A model generated the notes under the pieces. That model was not told where the DNA came from. It did not search any database and was given only the letters and a program-made list of their open reading frames with translations. The position numbers and the translations under genes were made by a program. From Candidatus Zixiibacteriota bacterium (GTDB taxonomy: Bacteria; Zixibacteria; MSB-5A5; GN15; FEB-12): a stretch of 64,000 bases of DNA. Below are positions 17,355 to 27,817 of this stretch, in pieces; the stretch's first letter is position 1, and the number at the start of each line of letters is the position of its first letter. The stretch spans positions 511-64,510 of the forward strand of contig JBGSIV010000139.1 of the NCBI GenBank assembly GCA_041742355.1, given 5' to 3'.

Positions 17355-19325
17355 TTAGTCTCGCTCTTCAAGGATGGCAATGCAGTTGGCAGCTGCTCCA
17401 CCGGCTGTTAAGAAGGCCCCTCCGGCGACCAGGGCACCTTCGTGGACCGTCAGGGCCCTGACTTGTTGAGAAGCTCCTTCCATCCCGGAACCCATGGCCG
17501 ACCAGCGTTCACCATCCCAGAAGGCGATACTGCTAGCGCCCATTCCCCCGGCACGTGTGAACACCCCGCCCGCAACCAAGTAGCCATCGTACTGCGCTAG
17601 CGAATAGACGGGAAGGTCCGTTCCCGAATCAAGAGCCGACCAGTCCATACCATTCCATGCAGCGATGTTATTTGCAGTCACTCCCCCGGCACTGGTAAAG
17701 TATCCTCCCGCAATCAGGTTTCCGCCATACACAGCCAGTGCATTGATGTAGCCGTTTGTCCCCGAGCTAACGGCGGACCAGCTGTAACCATTCCAGGAGG
17801 CGATATTGGAGGCAGGCGTGCCGCCAGCCATTGTGAACTGTCCAGCAACAATTAGGTTTCCGTCATGCACGGTGAGAGCATTGACTTGCCCATTCACCCC
17901 TCCAGCAGTGAGGCCGTACCAGCTGAGAAAATACCACTTGGCAATATTGGCGACGCTTCTTCCACCAGCAGACGTGAATTCTCCACCAGCTATGAGATCA
18001 TCTTGATAACCGGTCAGCGCATGGACCCCGTTGTTCAGTCCCGAACCTAGCGCCGACCAAGTATTGCCATCCCACAAACCGATGTAGTTCGCATAGGTTC
18101 CCCCTATGACGCTAAACCACCCTCCAGCGATCAAGTTGCCATTGTGTAGCGTAAGAGCTTTTACAGTCTCGTTTGGCCGTGAGCCTAACGAGGACCAGTC
18201 TATACCGTTCCATGAAGCGATATAATTGGCGGTGTCTCCACCGTGGCTAACGAAGTATCCGCTTCCGCCTGCGATCAGGTTGCCATCGTACATAATCAGA
18301 GCCCGAACCATCCTGTATACACCCTCAATTCCGGATCCCAGCGGTTCCCACACCATCCTTGGTTGAAGAATCTTGAGCGTTTCCGGGTTACAATCATTCC
18401 CAAGCGCTATGACTACGCCATGGCGCGAAGTTTCCGTGAAATTGTCCTGAGCCGTGACCGTGAAGAAGTCCGGCGTCGTCCCGGATCTCTTGCTGACCTT
18501 CAGCCAGGATGTGTCGCTCGACGCTACAGAGTAGGCAGGGTTGATCACATTTGCCATGGTGATTTGGATCTGCCCACTGGTTCCTCCCATCCCCGGCAAT
18601 CGCACGGAATCAGGACTTATCACCAATGTCGGCTGGGTACCTGAAGGATATTGGGTGACCATGATGGTGTCCGGGCCACCGACTGCTCCTGGAGCGCTCA
18701 CGATGACTATCCCCTGGCGAAGCTCCGAAGTGCTATTCTCGGTCGTCACCTGAATTTGAAAGCTGTCCGGCGCCGCTCCTGATACTTTGCTCAGGGCGAT
18801 CCAACTGTCAGACCCAGCCGGCGTGCTGGCACTCCAATTGAAGCGGCTGCCGCCGTTACTGTTCTGCACCCGTATCGTGCGGTTGAAGCCTCCCGTCGCC
18901 GGGGCCGCCACGCTATCGGGCGTCACACCGAGGGTGGCACCTGGAGCCTGTATGCCGTCATAGGCGCTACGGGCCGACTCTTCTCCCCTCGAACCGACGG
19001 CACAGACTCGATAATAGTAGGTACGGCCCGCCCAGACCTCACCATCGGTGTAGGTGTTACGATCAGCGCTGACGTTCCCGGCTACAACGTCTTGGCCGGT
19101 ATCGGCCTCGCTGCGGTAGATCCGATAACCCTTGATTCCTGCGGCCGAGACTCTGTGCCACGTGACAGCGATACCTGCCGACTTGGTGTCCGCGCTGACA
19201 GCGAACGGGTCGTGGTTCTTAAAGACCTCTGGGTCAAGGGGGTTGTCGCGCTCACCGGGGCAGGCCACCAGCAGCAGGCCAAAGACTACTGCAAGCACGA
19301 AGACCAGAAGGAGAGAGTTTCGCAT
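17355..19325 (-). CDS. Lipoprotein: Fn3-like domain, two BACON-like Ig domains and a 7-bladed propeller (paralog 1, N-terminal type A)
   Basis: The lipobox is LLLVAC-PGERDNPLDP. IAVTWHRV...GYRIYRS...YYYRVCAV looks like Fn3. Seven roughly 47-aa repeats follow the pattern W(N/D)GxxWSxLGSG...LIAGGxFTxAGGxxANxIA. The C-terminus is IAILEERD. Confidence 0.75.
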   Translation of the reverse strand: MRNSLLLVFVLAVVFGLLLVACPGERDNPLDPEVFKNHDPFAVSADTKSAGIAVTWHRVSAAGIKGYRIYRSEADTGQDVVAGNVSADRNTYTDGEVWAGRTYYYRVCAVGSRGEESARSAYDGIQAPGATLGVTPDSVAAPATGGFNRTIRVQNSNGGSRFNWSASTPAGSDSWIALSKVSGAAPDSFQIQVTTENSTSELRQGIVIVSAPGAVGGPDTIMVTQYPSGTQPTLVISPDSVRLPGMGGTSGQIQITMANVINPAYSVASSDTSWLKVSKRSGTTPDFFTVTAQDNFTETSRHGVVIALGNDCNPETLKILQPRMVWEPLGSGIEGVYRMVRALIMYDGNLIAGGSGYFVSHGGDTANYIASWNGIDWSSLGSRPNETVKALTLHNGNLIAGGWFSVIGGTYANYIGLWDGNTWSALGSGLNNGVHALTGYQDDLIAGGEFTSAGGRSVANIAKWYFLSWYGLTAGGVNGQVNALTVHDGNLIVAGQFTMAGGTPASNIASWNGYSWSAVSSGTNGYINALAVYGGNLIAGGYFTSAGGVTANNIAAWNGMDWSALDSGTDLPVYSLAQYDGYLVAGGVFTRAGGMGASSIAFWDGERWSAMGSGMEGASQQVRALTVHEGALVAGGAFLTAGGAAANCIAILEERD

Positions 19326-19328
19326 AGC

Positions 19329-21275
19329 TCAGTCCTGCTCCTTGAGGATGGCGATCCTGTTGGCTGGCGATCCACCGGCCTCCGTAAAGTCTCCCGCAGC
19401 CACCAAGTCGCCGTTGAACACGGTCAGGGCATAAACATAACCGTTCATACCTTGTCCGAGCGTCAACCACTGCGATCCATCCCACCGCGCAATGTTGTAT
19501 GCTGGGACCCCACCTGAAATCACAAATCGCCCACCAACGATTATCTGCTTATTGTACCACTCCAGCGCCTCCACTCTTTCCGTTGTCCCGGATCCAAGAG
19601 GTCGCCATGAAGCCCCGTCCCACACTGCAATGTTATTGGCTACGATACCACCTGCCATTGTGAAATCCCCTCCGGCCACGAGCTCGCCGGTTTCCATAAT
19701 AGAAAGAAGCGACCACACATTCCCATCGATTCCACTTCCGAGAGTGGGCCAACCCGGGTATATGTTTCTGGCAATCCCACTGGCAATTTGACCCCCGATA
19801 ATCAAGTCTGAATTGTAACTTGCAATCGCCTCCACAGCTCCAAGATTGACCCCAATTGCCGACCATGACTCACTTGAGGCATTCCAACGAGCGACGTTCG
19901 TTCCCGATGCAGGAGTACCAAAGGCACCACCCACGATAAGCCCGTATCGGTCTTCACCAACGGCATACCCCGCTCCCGGACTCCATGATTGGTTTCCCAA
20001 TCCACTTCCAAGGGTGCTCCACGCGGTACTATCCCATGCAGCGACATTGAGTCCTGGTGAATTGAACCAGCCCGTGACGATGAGCTTTCCGCCATACACG
20101 TACAGCGCGTGAACCTGTGCTCCAGCATCTGATTGCCTTACCCCTTGAACCAAAGGGGCCCAGTGGGTTCCATCCCAGCGCGCGATTTTGTTAAGGGAAC
20201 CAACGCCCCATTCGTTGACTGGTCCGGTGAAGTAGCCCCCCGCATAGAGCTCACCTTTGTAAACGCATGTGGCCATCACCCGATTGTCTAAACCCTCCCC
20301 CAGTGGCTCCCATACCATCCTCGGCTGGTAGACCTTTAGCGTCTCGGGGGCACAGCCATTGGCAAGTGCGATGACTACACCATGCCGCGAAGTTGCCGTG
20401 AAATTGTCCTGAGCCGTCACCGTGAAGAAGTCCGGCGTCGTTCCGCCACTCTTGCTGACCGTCAGCCAAGAGGATTCGCTTGAGGCAACGCTAAAAGTTG
20501 GACTCGTACCATTCACAATAGTAATCTGAATCTGGTCGCTCGTTCCCCCAAGCCCCGGCAGGCGCACCGAATCCGGGCTGATCACCAACATGGGCTCAGC
20601 ATCCGAGGGGTACTGCGTCACTGCTATTGTATCCGGAGTACCGGCCACTCCCAACGCCGTTACAATGACGCGCCCCGTCCGGGAGGTACTGGAACTGCTG
20701 GTCCCCACTTTTGTCCAGACACTGTCCGGCGCGGTCCCGCTTGTTTTGCTGACCGTCAGCCACCCCGAGTCGCTCGCGATCGTGTAGTTGAACCGGCAAA
20801 TCGTGCTGTCGCTGCTGATGTGCAGCCAGAGGCTGTCCTTGGCCGCCCCCGCCGACCAACTTGACGGACTGGTCGAGAGCCGCGCGCCTGTCACCGTCAC
20901 CGAGTCCGGCTGGCAGGCCTCGGATTCCTTACCCTCGCTGTCGAGCGCCACGATGCGGTACCAGTAGGTTGTATTGGCATAACCTTCCTGATCCAGATAG
21001 CTGGTGACAGTCGTCGGTACCTCTCCGACAGGGATCGCTGCGGAGGCAGCCTGCGTGGAGCGGTAGACCCGGTAGCCGTCGACGCCTTTGACCTTGACGG
21101 CCTGCCACTCGACCAGGACACCTTGGGGGGTGAGATCGGCCTGCATGTGGAAGGGGTCGGGCAGGTCGGCCCCGGGATCAAGGGGGTTGTCGCGCTCTTC
21201 AGGGCAGCCCAGGACCAGCAGCAGCAAACCACAGGCTGCACCAAGCACGAGGATTGGCGTGAAGGTGTTTCGCAT
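19329..21275 (-). CDS. Lipoprotein: Fn3-like, BACON-like and propeller domains (paralog 2, N-terminal type B)
   Basis: The lipobox is LLVLGC-PEERDNPLDP, and the architecture matches paralog 1. The C-terminus is IAILKEQD. Only 3 nt separate it from the next start. Confidence 0.75.
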   Translation of the reverse strand: MRNTFTPILVLGAACGLLLLVLGCPEERDNPLDPGADLPDPFHMQADLTPQGVLVEWQAVKVKGVDGYRVYRSTQAASAAIPVGEVPTTVTSYLDQEGYANTTYWYRIVALDSEGKESEACQPDSVTVTGARLSTSPSSWSAGAAKDSLWLHISSDSTICRFNYTIASDSGWLTVSKTSGTAPDSVWTKVGTSSSSTSRTGRVIVTALGVAGTPDTIAVTQYPSDAEPMLVISPDSVRLPGLGGTSDQIQITIVNGTSPTFSVASSESSWLTVSKSGGTTPDFFTVTAQDNFTATSRHGVVIALANGCAPETLKVYQPRMVWEPLGEGLDNRVMATCVYKGELYAGGYFTGPVNEWGVGSLNKIARWDGTHWAPLVQGVRQSDAGAQVHALYVYGGKLIVTGWFNSPGLNVAAWDSTAWSTLGSGLGNQSWSPGAGYAVGEDRYGLIVGGAFGTPASGTNVARWNASSESWSAIGVNLGAVEAIASYNSDLIIGGQIASGIARNIYPGWPTLGSGIDGNVWSLLSIMETGELVAGGDFTMAGGIVANNIAVWDGASWRPLGSGTTERVEALEWYNKQIIVGGRFVISGGVPAYNIARWDGSQWLTLGQGMNGYVYALTVFNGDLVAAGDFTEAGGSPANRIAILKEQD

Positions 21276-21278
21276 GGC

Positions 21279-23258
21279 TCAGTCCTGCTCTTCAAGTCTG
21301 GCAACGTGATTCACAGAATGGCCGCTCGCAGTAGTGAAACTCCCCCCTACAACAAGATGATGGTCAAAAACGACCATGCAAAGGGGTGACACGGCGGGTA
21401 GGAAACCCGCTCCCATAGACTTCCAAGAGGAACCGTCCCACCGAGCAATACCCTGTGCTGGCACTCCGCCCGCACTACTAAATGGCCCGGCGACTACCAA
21501 CCAACCTTCGAATTCCGCAAGAGCTCTGCCGCCTAAGAACGAATTCAGGCCCGTTCCCACTGTTTTCCATGAACTTCCGTCCCGCCGCGCTATGCGGGCG
21601 CCCTCGTTCGTGAAGCCTCCGGTAGCATAGAGCTCATCGCGATATACTGCAACGGCGGAGACAAATGCGTTGAGTCCGGATCCAAGTTTCTGCCATGACT
21701 GGGTACTTCCGTCCCAAGCAGCTATATGTCCGCCACCGGTCGGTTGTGACACGTAGAATTGACCGCCTGCTATCAATCGATTCTGGAACATTGCCAACGC
21801 ACTAACAAAACCATTCAATTCGAAGCCAAGATCATCCCATGAGGAACCCATCCACAATGCGACGTTCTTGGCGGGTTGTCCGCCTGCTGCTGAAAAGAAG
21901 CCGCCGGCAACACGCCATGTACCCCATGTCAGAGCTCGAACTTCGGTCGCGTAGTCGCCCTCGTTGTCCATTCCAAGGTCCATTGCCCGCCAAGAAGCAC
22001 CGTCCCACGTGGCAATGCTATTCACCAATTGACCTCCAGCAGAGTCAAACTGGCCCCCGGCGTACAGCGAGTATGGATCGGCCGCCAAAGCGTACACCGC
22101 ACCGGTGGATGTTCCGGAGCCAAGCGCTTGCCAAGACGAGCCGTTCCAACGGGCAATGTTATTAACGATTGTTCCGTCGCCCGCTGAAGAGAACTGCCCA
22201 CCTGCAACCAGCTCGCCCTTGTAAACAGTGAGTGCATTCACCGGGCCATTTAGACCGAGGCCAAAGGGAGACCAACCCATCCACGGTTGATGAACTAGTA
22301 ATGTCTCCGGTAGACTGCCATTGGCATTAACCACAATAACTGCGTTTCTCGCGCTGTCATCGAAATTGGCAGAAGTAATGACTGAGTAGCTGCCTGGCGT
22401 GGAACTGGAACTTGAATTGACAGTCAACCACGAGATACTATTATCATCGGCAGTGACTGCGTAGGAGATGCTTCCCCCCGTTCCAATGTTACTAACTGTC
22501 ACGGTCAGAGTGTCACCAAGTCCGGCAGCCCGCCAAGCCGTATCCGATAGGTGTAGTTGGGGCGTCTGGGGAGGAACAGCTGGCTGGGTGACCTTGATGG
22601 TATCAAGTCCATCAGTTGCCCCCGAGGCACTCACGACAACTATCCCCTGACGGAGTTGTGAAGTGCCATTCTCGGTCGTCACCTGAATCTGAAAGCTGTC
22701 CGGCGCTGTCCCCGACGGCTTGCTCAGCTCGATCCAAGCAGCTGAGCCGGCCGGAGTGCTGGCAGTCCAGTTGAAGCGGCTGCCTCCGGTGCCGTTTTGC
22801 ACCCGTACCGTGCGGTTGAAGTCTCCCTCTGCTGGCGCTGCTACGCTGTCAGGGCTTACACTCAGCGTAGCGCCACGAGCCTTTATGCCGCCATAGGCGC
22901 TGCGAACCGACTCCTCTCCCCTCAATCCAACCGCACATACCCTGTAGTAGTAGGTGCGGCCCGCCCAGACCTCACCATCGGTGTACGTGCTCATGTCGGC
23001 GCTGACGTTTCCGGCCACGACATCTTGGCCGGTATCGGCTTCGCTCCTATAGATGCGGTATCCCTTGATTCCGCTTCCAGAGACCTTGTGCCAGGCTACC
23101 GCTATGCCAGCCGACGTCGTATCGACACTGACGGCAAACGGGTCGTGGTCCTTAAAGACCCCCGGATCCAGCGGGTTGTCACGCTCGCCGGGACAGGCCA
23201 GCAGCAGCAGGCCAACCGCTGCAGTGAGCGCGAAGACCGGAAGGAGAGAGTGTCGCAT
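21279..23258 (-). CDS. Lipoprotein: Fn3-like, BACON-like and propeller domains (paralog 3, N-terminal type A)
   Basis: The N-terminal 120 aa are nearly collinear with paralog 1 (GERDNPLDPGVFKDHDPFAVSVDTTSAGIAVAWHKV...). The C-terminus is VARLEEQD. Confidence 0.75.
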   Translation of the reverse strand: MRHSLLPVFALTAAVGLLLLACPGERDNPLDPGVFKDHDPFAVSVDTTSAGIAVAWHKVSGSGIKGYRIYRSEADTGQDVVAGNVSADMSTYTDGEVWAGRTYYYRVCAVGLRGEESVRSAYGGIKARGATLSVSPDSVAAPAEGDFNRTVRVQNGTGGSRFNWTASTPAGSAAWIELSKPSGTAPDSFQIQVTTENGTSQLRQGIVVVSASGATDGLDTIKVTQPAVPPQTPQLHLSDTAWRAAGLGDTLTVTVSNIGTGGSISYAVTADDNSISWLTVNSSSSSTPGSYSVITSANFDDSARNAVIVVNANGSLPETLLVHQPWMGWSPFGLGLNGPVNALTVYKGELVAGGQFSSAGDGTIVNNIARWNGSSWQALGSGTSTGAVYALAADPYSLYAGGQFDSAGGQLVNSIATWDGASWRAMDLGMDNEGDYATEVRALTWGTWRVAGGFFSAAGGQPAKNVALWMGSSWDDLGFELNGFVSALAMFQNRLIAGGQFYVSQPTGGGHIAAWDGSTQSWQKLGSGLNAFVSAVAVYRDELYATGGFTNEGARIARRDGSSWKTVGTGLNSFLGGRALAEFEGWLVVAGPFSSAGGVPAQGIARWDGSSWKSMGAGFLPAVSPLCMVVFDHHLVVGGSFTTASGHSVNHVARLEEQD

Positions 23259-23261
23259 CGG

Positions 23262-25187
23262 TCAGTCCTCCTCCTTGAGGACGGCAATGTTGTTGGCGGG
23301 GACCCCGCCGGCTTGCTCGAAATAGCCCGCCGCGATCAGTTGATTGTTGTATACCTCCAGAGCATAGACTCTGTCGTTCATCCCCGAGCCCAGAGGCGAC
23401 CACTCAACTCCGTCCCAGGAGGCAATCCCAGAGGCGGCTGTCCCTCCAGCCGAATCAAAAAACCCTGCGGCAATCAATCTGCCATCATAGACGGTCAGAG
23501 CTACTACGAGGTTATTCACGCCGGATCCCAAAGGGGACCAACTGGAGCCATTCCATGAGGCAACGTGGTTCGCACTGACCCCACCCGCTGATGTGAACAC
23601 GCCTCCCGCGATCAGATTGCCGTCGTACACTGCCAAGGCATAGACGTCCTCATACGCTCCCCCGGTTCCTGATCCGAGCGATGACCAAGTAGAACCATCC
23701 CATGCGGCGATACAACGATAGGGGGTCCAGAAGTTCCCTCCCGCAATAAGCTTGCCGTTATAGGTAGTCAGAGCGATAACACGACCATAAATGCCACTCA
23801 AGCCTGAACCCACTCGGGACCAGCCCGAGCTACTCCAAAAGGCGAGATAGTTGATGGCCGCATCCCCTACACTGTCGAATCCCCCCCCCACGTAGAGTGT
23901 GCCTTGATATCGGGCCAGAGCTTCCACCCACCCGTTCATTCCCGATGCAACCGTATCCCAGTAGGAACCGGTCCAATACGCGACGCCATCGACAAAGCCC
24001 GCGTACAAGAGCTCGAAAACGTTCAGCATCGTTGCCGGCCCGACTCCGTTGCCCGAACCGAAGGGCGACCATGTTTGCCCATCCCAAGAAGCCATGTGAT
24101 CGACGGCGATCCCGCCTGCCGTTGTGAACTGGCCCGCAGCGATGAGCTTTCCATCGCACGTTTCCAGGCAACGGACCAAGTAGTTGGTCCCAGACCCCAG
24201 AGGCTCCCACACCATTCTCGCCTGATGGACTTTCAGTGACTCCGGCTGCGGGATTCCGGACGCATAGACTCGCACCCAAGCATCCCGAGGACTCTCTCCG
24301 AAATTGTCCCTGGCGCTTACGGTAATAGTGTCGGGAATCGAACCACTGATCTTGCTCGGTGTAACCCAGGAATCACTGACGCTTATTGTGTATGACGAGA
24401 ACGAGCCTCCGGTAACACTGATGACAATCGCCTCGCTGGTGCCACCCAACCCCGGCAACCGCACAGAATAGGGGTTGATCACCAACGCCGCCCCTGGGTC
24501 GCTTGCGCTCTGCGTTACGACGACGGTATCAGGCGAATCGGCCACGTTGGGTGCATTCACCATGATGAGCGCGCTGTGCTCGGAGCCGGTGCTGTTGGCA
24601 CCAACTCTTATCAACACGCTATCCGGCGCCGTTCCGCCGGATTTACTTACGCTTAGCCAGCCAGCCGTACTGCTCACCGAGTAGTTGAACCGGCAGATCG
24701 TGCTGTCGCTGCCGATGTGAAGCTGGAAGCTGGCTGAATCCGCCTCCGGAGCCCACAGCAGGGGCGTCGCATGCAGTCGCGCCCCGGCAATGGTCACGCT
24801 GTCCGGCAGGCTCGGACTCGACACGGCACCATTGGCATCGACTGCAGCCACCCGGTACCAGTAGGTCGTGGTGTTGAAGCCGGTTTGATCGAGGTAGCTG
24901 GTGACGGTGGAGGACACATGTCCAACCACCGTCCCGGCTGTGGCTTCTTGAGAGGAGCGGTAGATTCGATAGCCCTTGACGCCGCTCACCTTAACACCCT
25001 GCCACTCCAACTGCACTCCCTCATCACTTAGTGAAACTTCAATCTGGAAGGGATCAGGCAAACTGCTGTTAGGATCCAATGGGTTGTCGCGGTCGCCGGG
25101 GCAGCCCAAGAGGAATACGACCGCTGCACAGGCAGCCGGCACCATTAGGATCCTGGATATAGCTCGCATAAGCGGATCCTTCTCCAA
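23262..25187 (-). CDS. Lipoprotein: Fn3-like, BACON-like and propeller domains (paralog 4, N-terminal type B)
   Basis: The lipobox is FLLGC-PGDRDNPLDP, and the N-terminal region is collinear with paralog 2. The C-terminus is IAVLKEED. The start may instead be the MRAISR codon at 25169. Confidence 0.75.
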   Translation of the reverse strand: MEKDPLMRAISRILMVPAACAAVVFLLGCPGDRDNPLDPNSSLPDPFQIEVSLSDEGVQLEWQGVKVSGVKGYRIYRSSQEATAGTVVGHVSSTVTSYLDQTGFNTTTYWYRVAAVDANGAVSSPSLPDSVTIAGARLHATPLLWAPEADSASFQLHIGSDSTICRFNYSVSSTAGWLSVSKSGGTAPDSVLIRVGANSTGSEHSALIMVNAPNVADSPDTVVVTQSASDPGAALVINPYSVRLPGLGGTSEAIVISVTGGSFSSYTISVSDSWVTPSKISGSIPDTITVSARDNFGESPRDAWVRVYASGIPQPESLKVHQARMVWEPLGSGTNYLVRCLETCDGKLIAAGQFTTAGGIAVDHMASWDGQTWSPFGSGNGVGPATMLNVFELLYAGFVDGVAYWTGSYWDTVASGMNGWVEALARYQGTLYVGGGFDSVGDAAINYLAFWSSSGWSRVGSGLSGIYGRVIALTTYNGKLIAGGNFWTPYRCIAAWDGSTWSSLGSGTGGAYEDVYALAVYDGNLIAGGVFTSAGGVSANHVASWNGSSWSPLGSGVNNLVVALTVYDGRLIAAGFFDSAGGTAASGIASWDGVEWSPLGSGMNDRVYALEVYNNQLIAAGYFEQAGGVPANNIAVLKEED

Positions 25188-25203
25188 CCAGCAACTATAG
25201 TGG

Positions 25204-26937
25204 TCATCTCAAGTTATTTCTAAGTAGTGCCACTCTCCCGGTGGACAAGCTGTAAGAGCCAATCACCGCGAGGTCCACATCTCCATCGCCGTCATAGTCC
25301 AGCCGCGCCATTTTCACAGGTCGACTGGGAACAGGAAAATAGACTGGAGTCGGCGGCATTCCGGCTTCCGAAAACAGGAATATGGCGACAGATTGCTCCG
25401 TTAGCGTCGCCAGATCCTCGAACCCGTTCTCGTCGAAGTCGCTACTCTCAATGATTGTTGCACCGGGGTAGCCGGCAACACTCCGGCATGATTGGCTCAA
25501 TTGACCCTGACCGTTGCTGACAAGAATTGCCAGGGTGCCGGAAGAGCAACTCACCGCCAGATCCGCTTGCCCTGTGGCAGAGTTGACCTTAACGCATAGA
25601 TCAGTCGGGGGTTCGCCGCATGGACTGTAGTAGGTGGGAGCAGCGAATTGGGCAGGTCCCGAACTCAAGATGACCGCAATAGAAGATGCGGAGATACATG
25701 CGAAATCATCGTACGCATCGCCGTTCAGGCGACATTTGACAACTCGGTCGCCGATATCAGGAACAGCAAGCGATGCGACAGTATCGAGCGTCCATTGTCC
25801 ATCCAATCCCCATCGACTCTTCCAGAACACCATCCTGTACTCACAGCCAGCAACGAGATCAGTCTTTCCGTCATTATTCAGGTCAGACATTACTACAGCT
25901 GAGGCATATCCTTGAGAGCTCCTGGACCAGTCAGGGCCAGCCCTCTGGATGAACCCACCTCCCCCATTATTTAGGTGCAAACGAAATGTATGAGTCAAGA
26001 CCACAGCGGCTGCGATGTCTATCTTCCCGTCATTGTTGATGTCACCTACCGCTGTTGGCGCTATCCCGGACATACCAGTGCATTCAGCTCCCAAGATATT
26101 CCAATTCCAGTAGGTACCGTCGGTTGGGGATCCAACGATGATCTCGTCATCGCCATCACCATCGAGGTCCGCGCAGAAAACTTCCACCTTGAGGTACGGG
26201 TCTTGGTACAGCTGTTCGTAGCCGTACAAGTCTCTCACGCCTGAGGTCACCGGCACGACGATTGCAGTGTCGGCCCCGACGAAGACTAGTTCCGCACTCA
26301 GGGCATCCGATCCAATCTCAGTTGTATTCATATCCACCGCTACCGACATGCTGTTTCCCACACCCGAATCCGGGTGGACGTTCAGCCAGGAGCCGTTGAC
26401 CACAGACACCTGCCACGTCAGTGTCCCTCCTCCAAGGTTTTTCACCAGAAGCGTCTCTGGGGAAGGCAACAGCCCACCACGGAATGCCTCGAAGTGCAGC
26501 GAGTCAGGCTGAACCGACAGCCGAGGTTCCCCTATCCCCAGATTAGTTACAACCGAACTGCGAACACTCTCCTTGTTGGCTCCTCCCAGAGCCGTTACCG
26601 CATAGTAGTAGGTGTTCCCCGGTTCAGCGGTTTGATCCAAGTAGCCATGATCAGTCCCGGGTAGAGTCACTAAAGGAGTCAAGTTCGTCTCAAGTACTCC
26701 CCGGTATAGCCGGTAGCCGGTGACTCCCGGGTTGCCGATGGATTGCCACTCCAGTAACCAGCCAGCACTTTGCGGCATGATTGTCAGCTTAAATGGATCC
26801 TCAGACACAACATTGGACGGATCCAAAGGGTTATCGGGATCAACGGGACAACCAAGTATACCAAGCGCGAGAGCCAGCCCCGCAATAGAAACACCCCACA
26901 GTGCGATCGTCCCTATCACAGCGCGAAGAAATCCCAT
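25204..26937 (-). CDS. Lipoprotein with an Fn3-like domain, an Ig-like domain and FG-GAP/VCBS-type (integrin-alpha-like) repeats
   Basis: It begins with ILGC-PVDPDNPLDP. The repeats include DLDGDGDDEIIVG, DINNDGKIDIAAA, DLNNDGKTDLVAG and DYDGDGDVDLAVIG. Confidence 0.7.
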   Translation of the reverse strand: MGFLRAVIGTIALWGVSIAGLALALGILGCPVDPDNPLDPSNVVSEDPFKLTIMPQSAGWLLEWQSIGNPGVTGYRLYRGVLETNLTPLVTLPGTDHGYLDQTAEPGNTYYYAVTALGGANKESVRSSVVTNLGIGEPRLSVQPDSLHFEAFRGGLLPSPETLLVKNLGGGTLTWQVSVVNGSWLNVHPDSGVGNSMSVAVDMNTTEIGSDALSAELVFVGADTAIVVPVTSGVRDLYGYEQLYQDPYLKVEVFCADLDGDGDDEIIVGSPTDGTYWNWNILGAECTGMSGIAPTAVGDINNDGKIDIAAAVVLTHTFRLHLNNGGGGFIQRAGPDWSRSSQGYASAVVMSDLNNDGKTDLVAGCEYRMVFWKSRWGLDGQWTLDTVASLAVPDIGDRVVKCRLNGDAYDDFACISASSIAVILSSGPAQFAAPTYYSPCGEPPTDLCVKVNSATGQADLAVSCSSGTLAILVSNGQGQLSQSCRSVAGYPGATIIESSDFDENGFEDLATLTEQSVAIFLFSEAGMPPTPVYFPVPSRPVKMARLDYDGDGDVDLAVIGSYSLSTGRVALLRNNLR

Positions 26938-26961
26938 TTCTTGGGCTCCACCGAATAGGGT

Positions 26962-27783
26962 TCAAATCCCGCCAAACCACAGCGTTGCTGTCAGACCACG
27001 ACCATCGGTTGTCAAACCAATCTTGGGAGCTTTGGCTTTCTCACGATATCCATCACAGCCGAAATCCGGCTCGTGCGGCTTAGTGGCCAAGAAATAGACC
27101 TCAGTCACAAAGAGTGCTCCTGCGGCTCCAATCAGGATGTTCCGCAGTTGGACCTTGGTTGTATAGTCATCCCAGGCAGAGCTGATATCAGCCGGAGCTA
27201 CCGAGGCGCGGTACTCATCATGTGCGTCACCGGCTTGCCGATTAACCACCAGCGCGCCGACTATAGCGGCGGCTCCTGCCCCGGCGGCGACCATCCTGTA
27301 TACTCGATTCCTCTTAGCATCTCGCAGGAACAACTGACATGCACGTATTCGACGCTCGTCTTCATAATAAGCCCTCGCGCGCAGGGAGTCTGTTGCTGCT
27401 CTGAAGGTAGAGTCGACGATTGGGTCTCCAGATACCTCGGGTTTGAAGGAGGGGTTTTCATTCAATGCCATCAGGTACTGCTCCAGTCCTGCCTTACACT
27501 TGTCTACAGCCTCCTGATGCATAGAGATATACACGTACGCCAACCACCCATGGCATCTCGAGCGGGAGAAGCTAGACAATGTGTCACTCTGGAGGAATTC
27601 CTTGAGAATACGTTCTGCGCACGGATAATTCGTTGCGCGGATATAGTCTTCGGCTTTCTCGATGGAAGCCTTTTCGTAGACGCACGAATCATTCTGTGCC
27701 AGCACACCCGCCGCACTAAACAGAATGCAGGCAATAATGACGAGAGCGCTTGATGGCAAGTCACGAAGAAGCTGGTGTTGCAT
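26962..27783 (-). CDS. Hypothetical membrane protein (N-terminal signal or anchor, helical TPR-like region, two predicted transmembrane helices)
   Basis: 273 aa. The hydrophobic segments are ALVIIACILFSAAGVLA, VYRMVAAGAGAAAIVGALVV and ILIGAAGALFVTEVYFLA. It sits in the operon between the CHAT and FG-GAP genes. Confidence 0.5.
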   Translation of the reverse strand: MQHQLLRDLPSSALVIIACILFSAAGVLAQNDSCVYEKASIEKAEDYIRATNYPCAERILKEFLQSDTLSSFSRSRCHGWLAYVYISMHQEAVDKCKAGLEQYLMALNENPSFKPEVSGDPIVDSTFRAATDSLRARAYYEDERRIRACQLFLRDAKRNRVYRMVAAGAGAAAIVGALVVNRQAGDAHDEYRASVAPADISSAWDDYTTKVQLRNILIGAAGALFVTEVYFLATKPHEPDFGCDGYREKAKAPKIGLTTDGRGLTATLWFGGI

Positions 27784-27817
27784 TCTAATACCCTGCTCTC
27801 TAATGGTTGGGGAGGCA

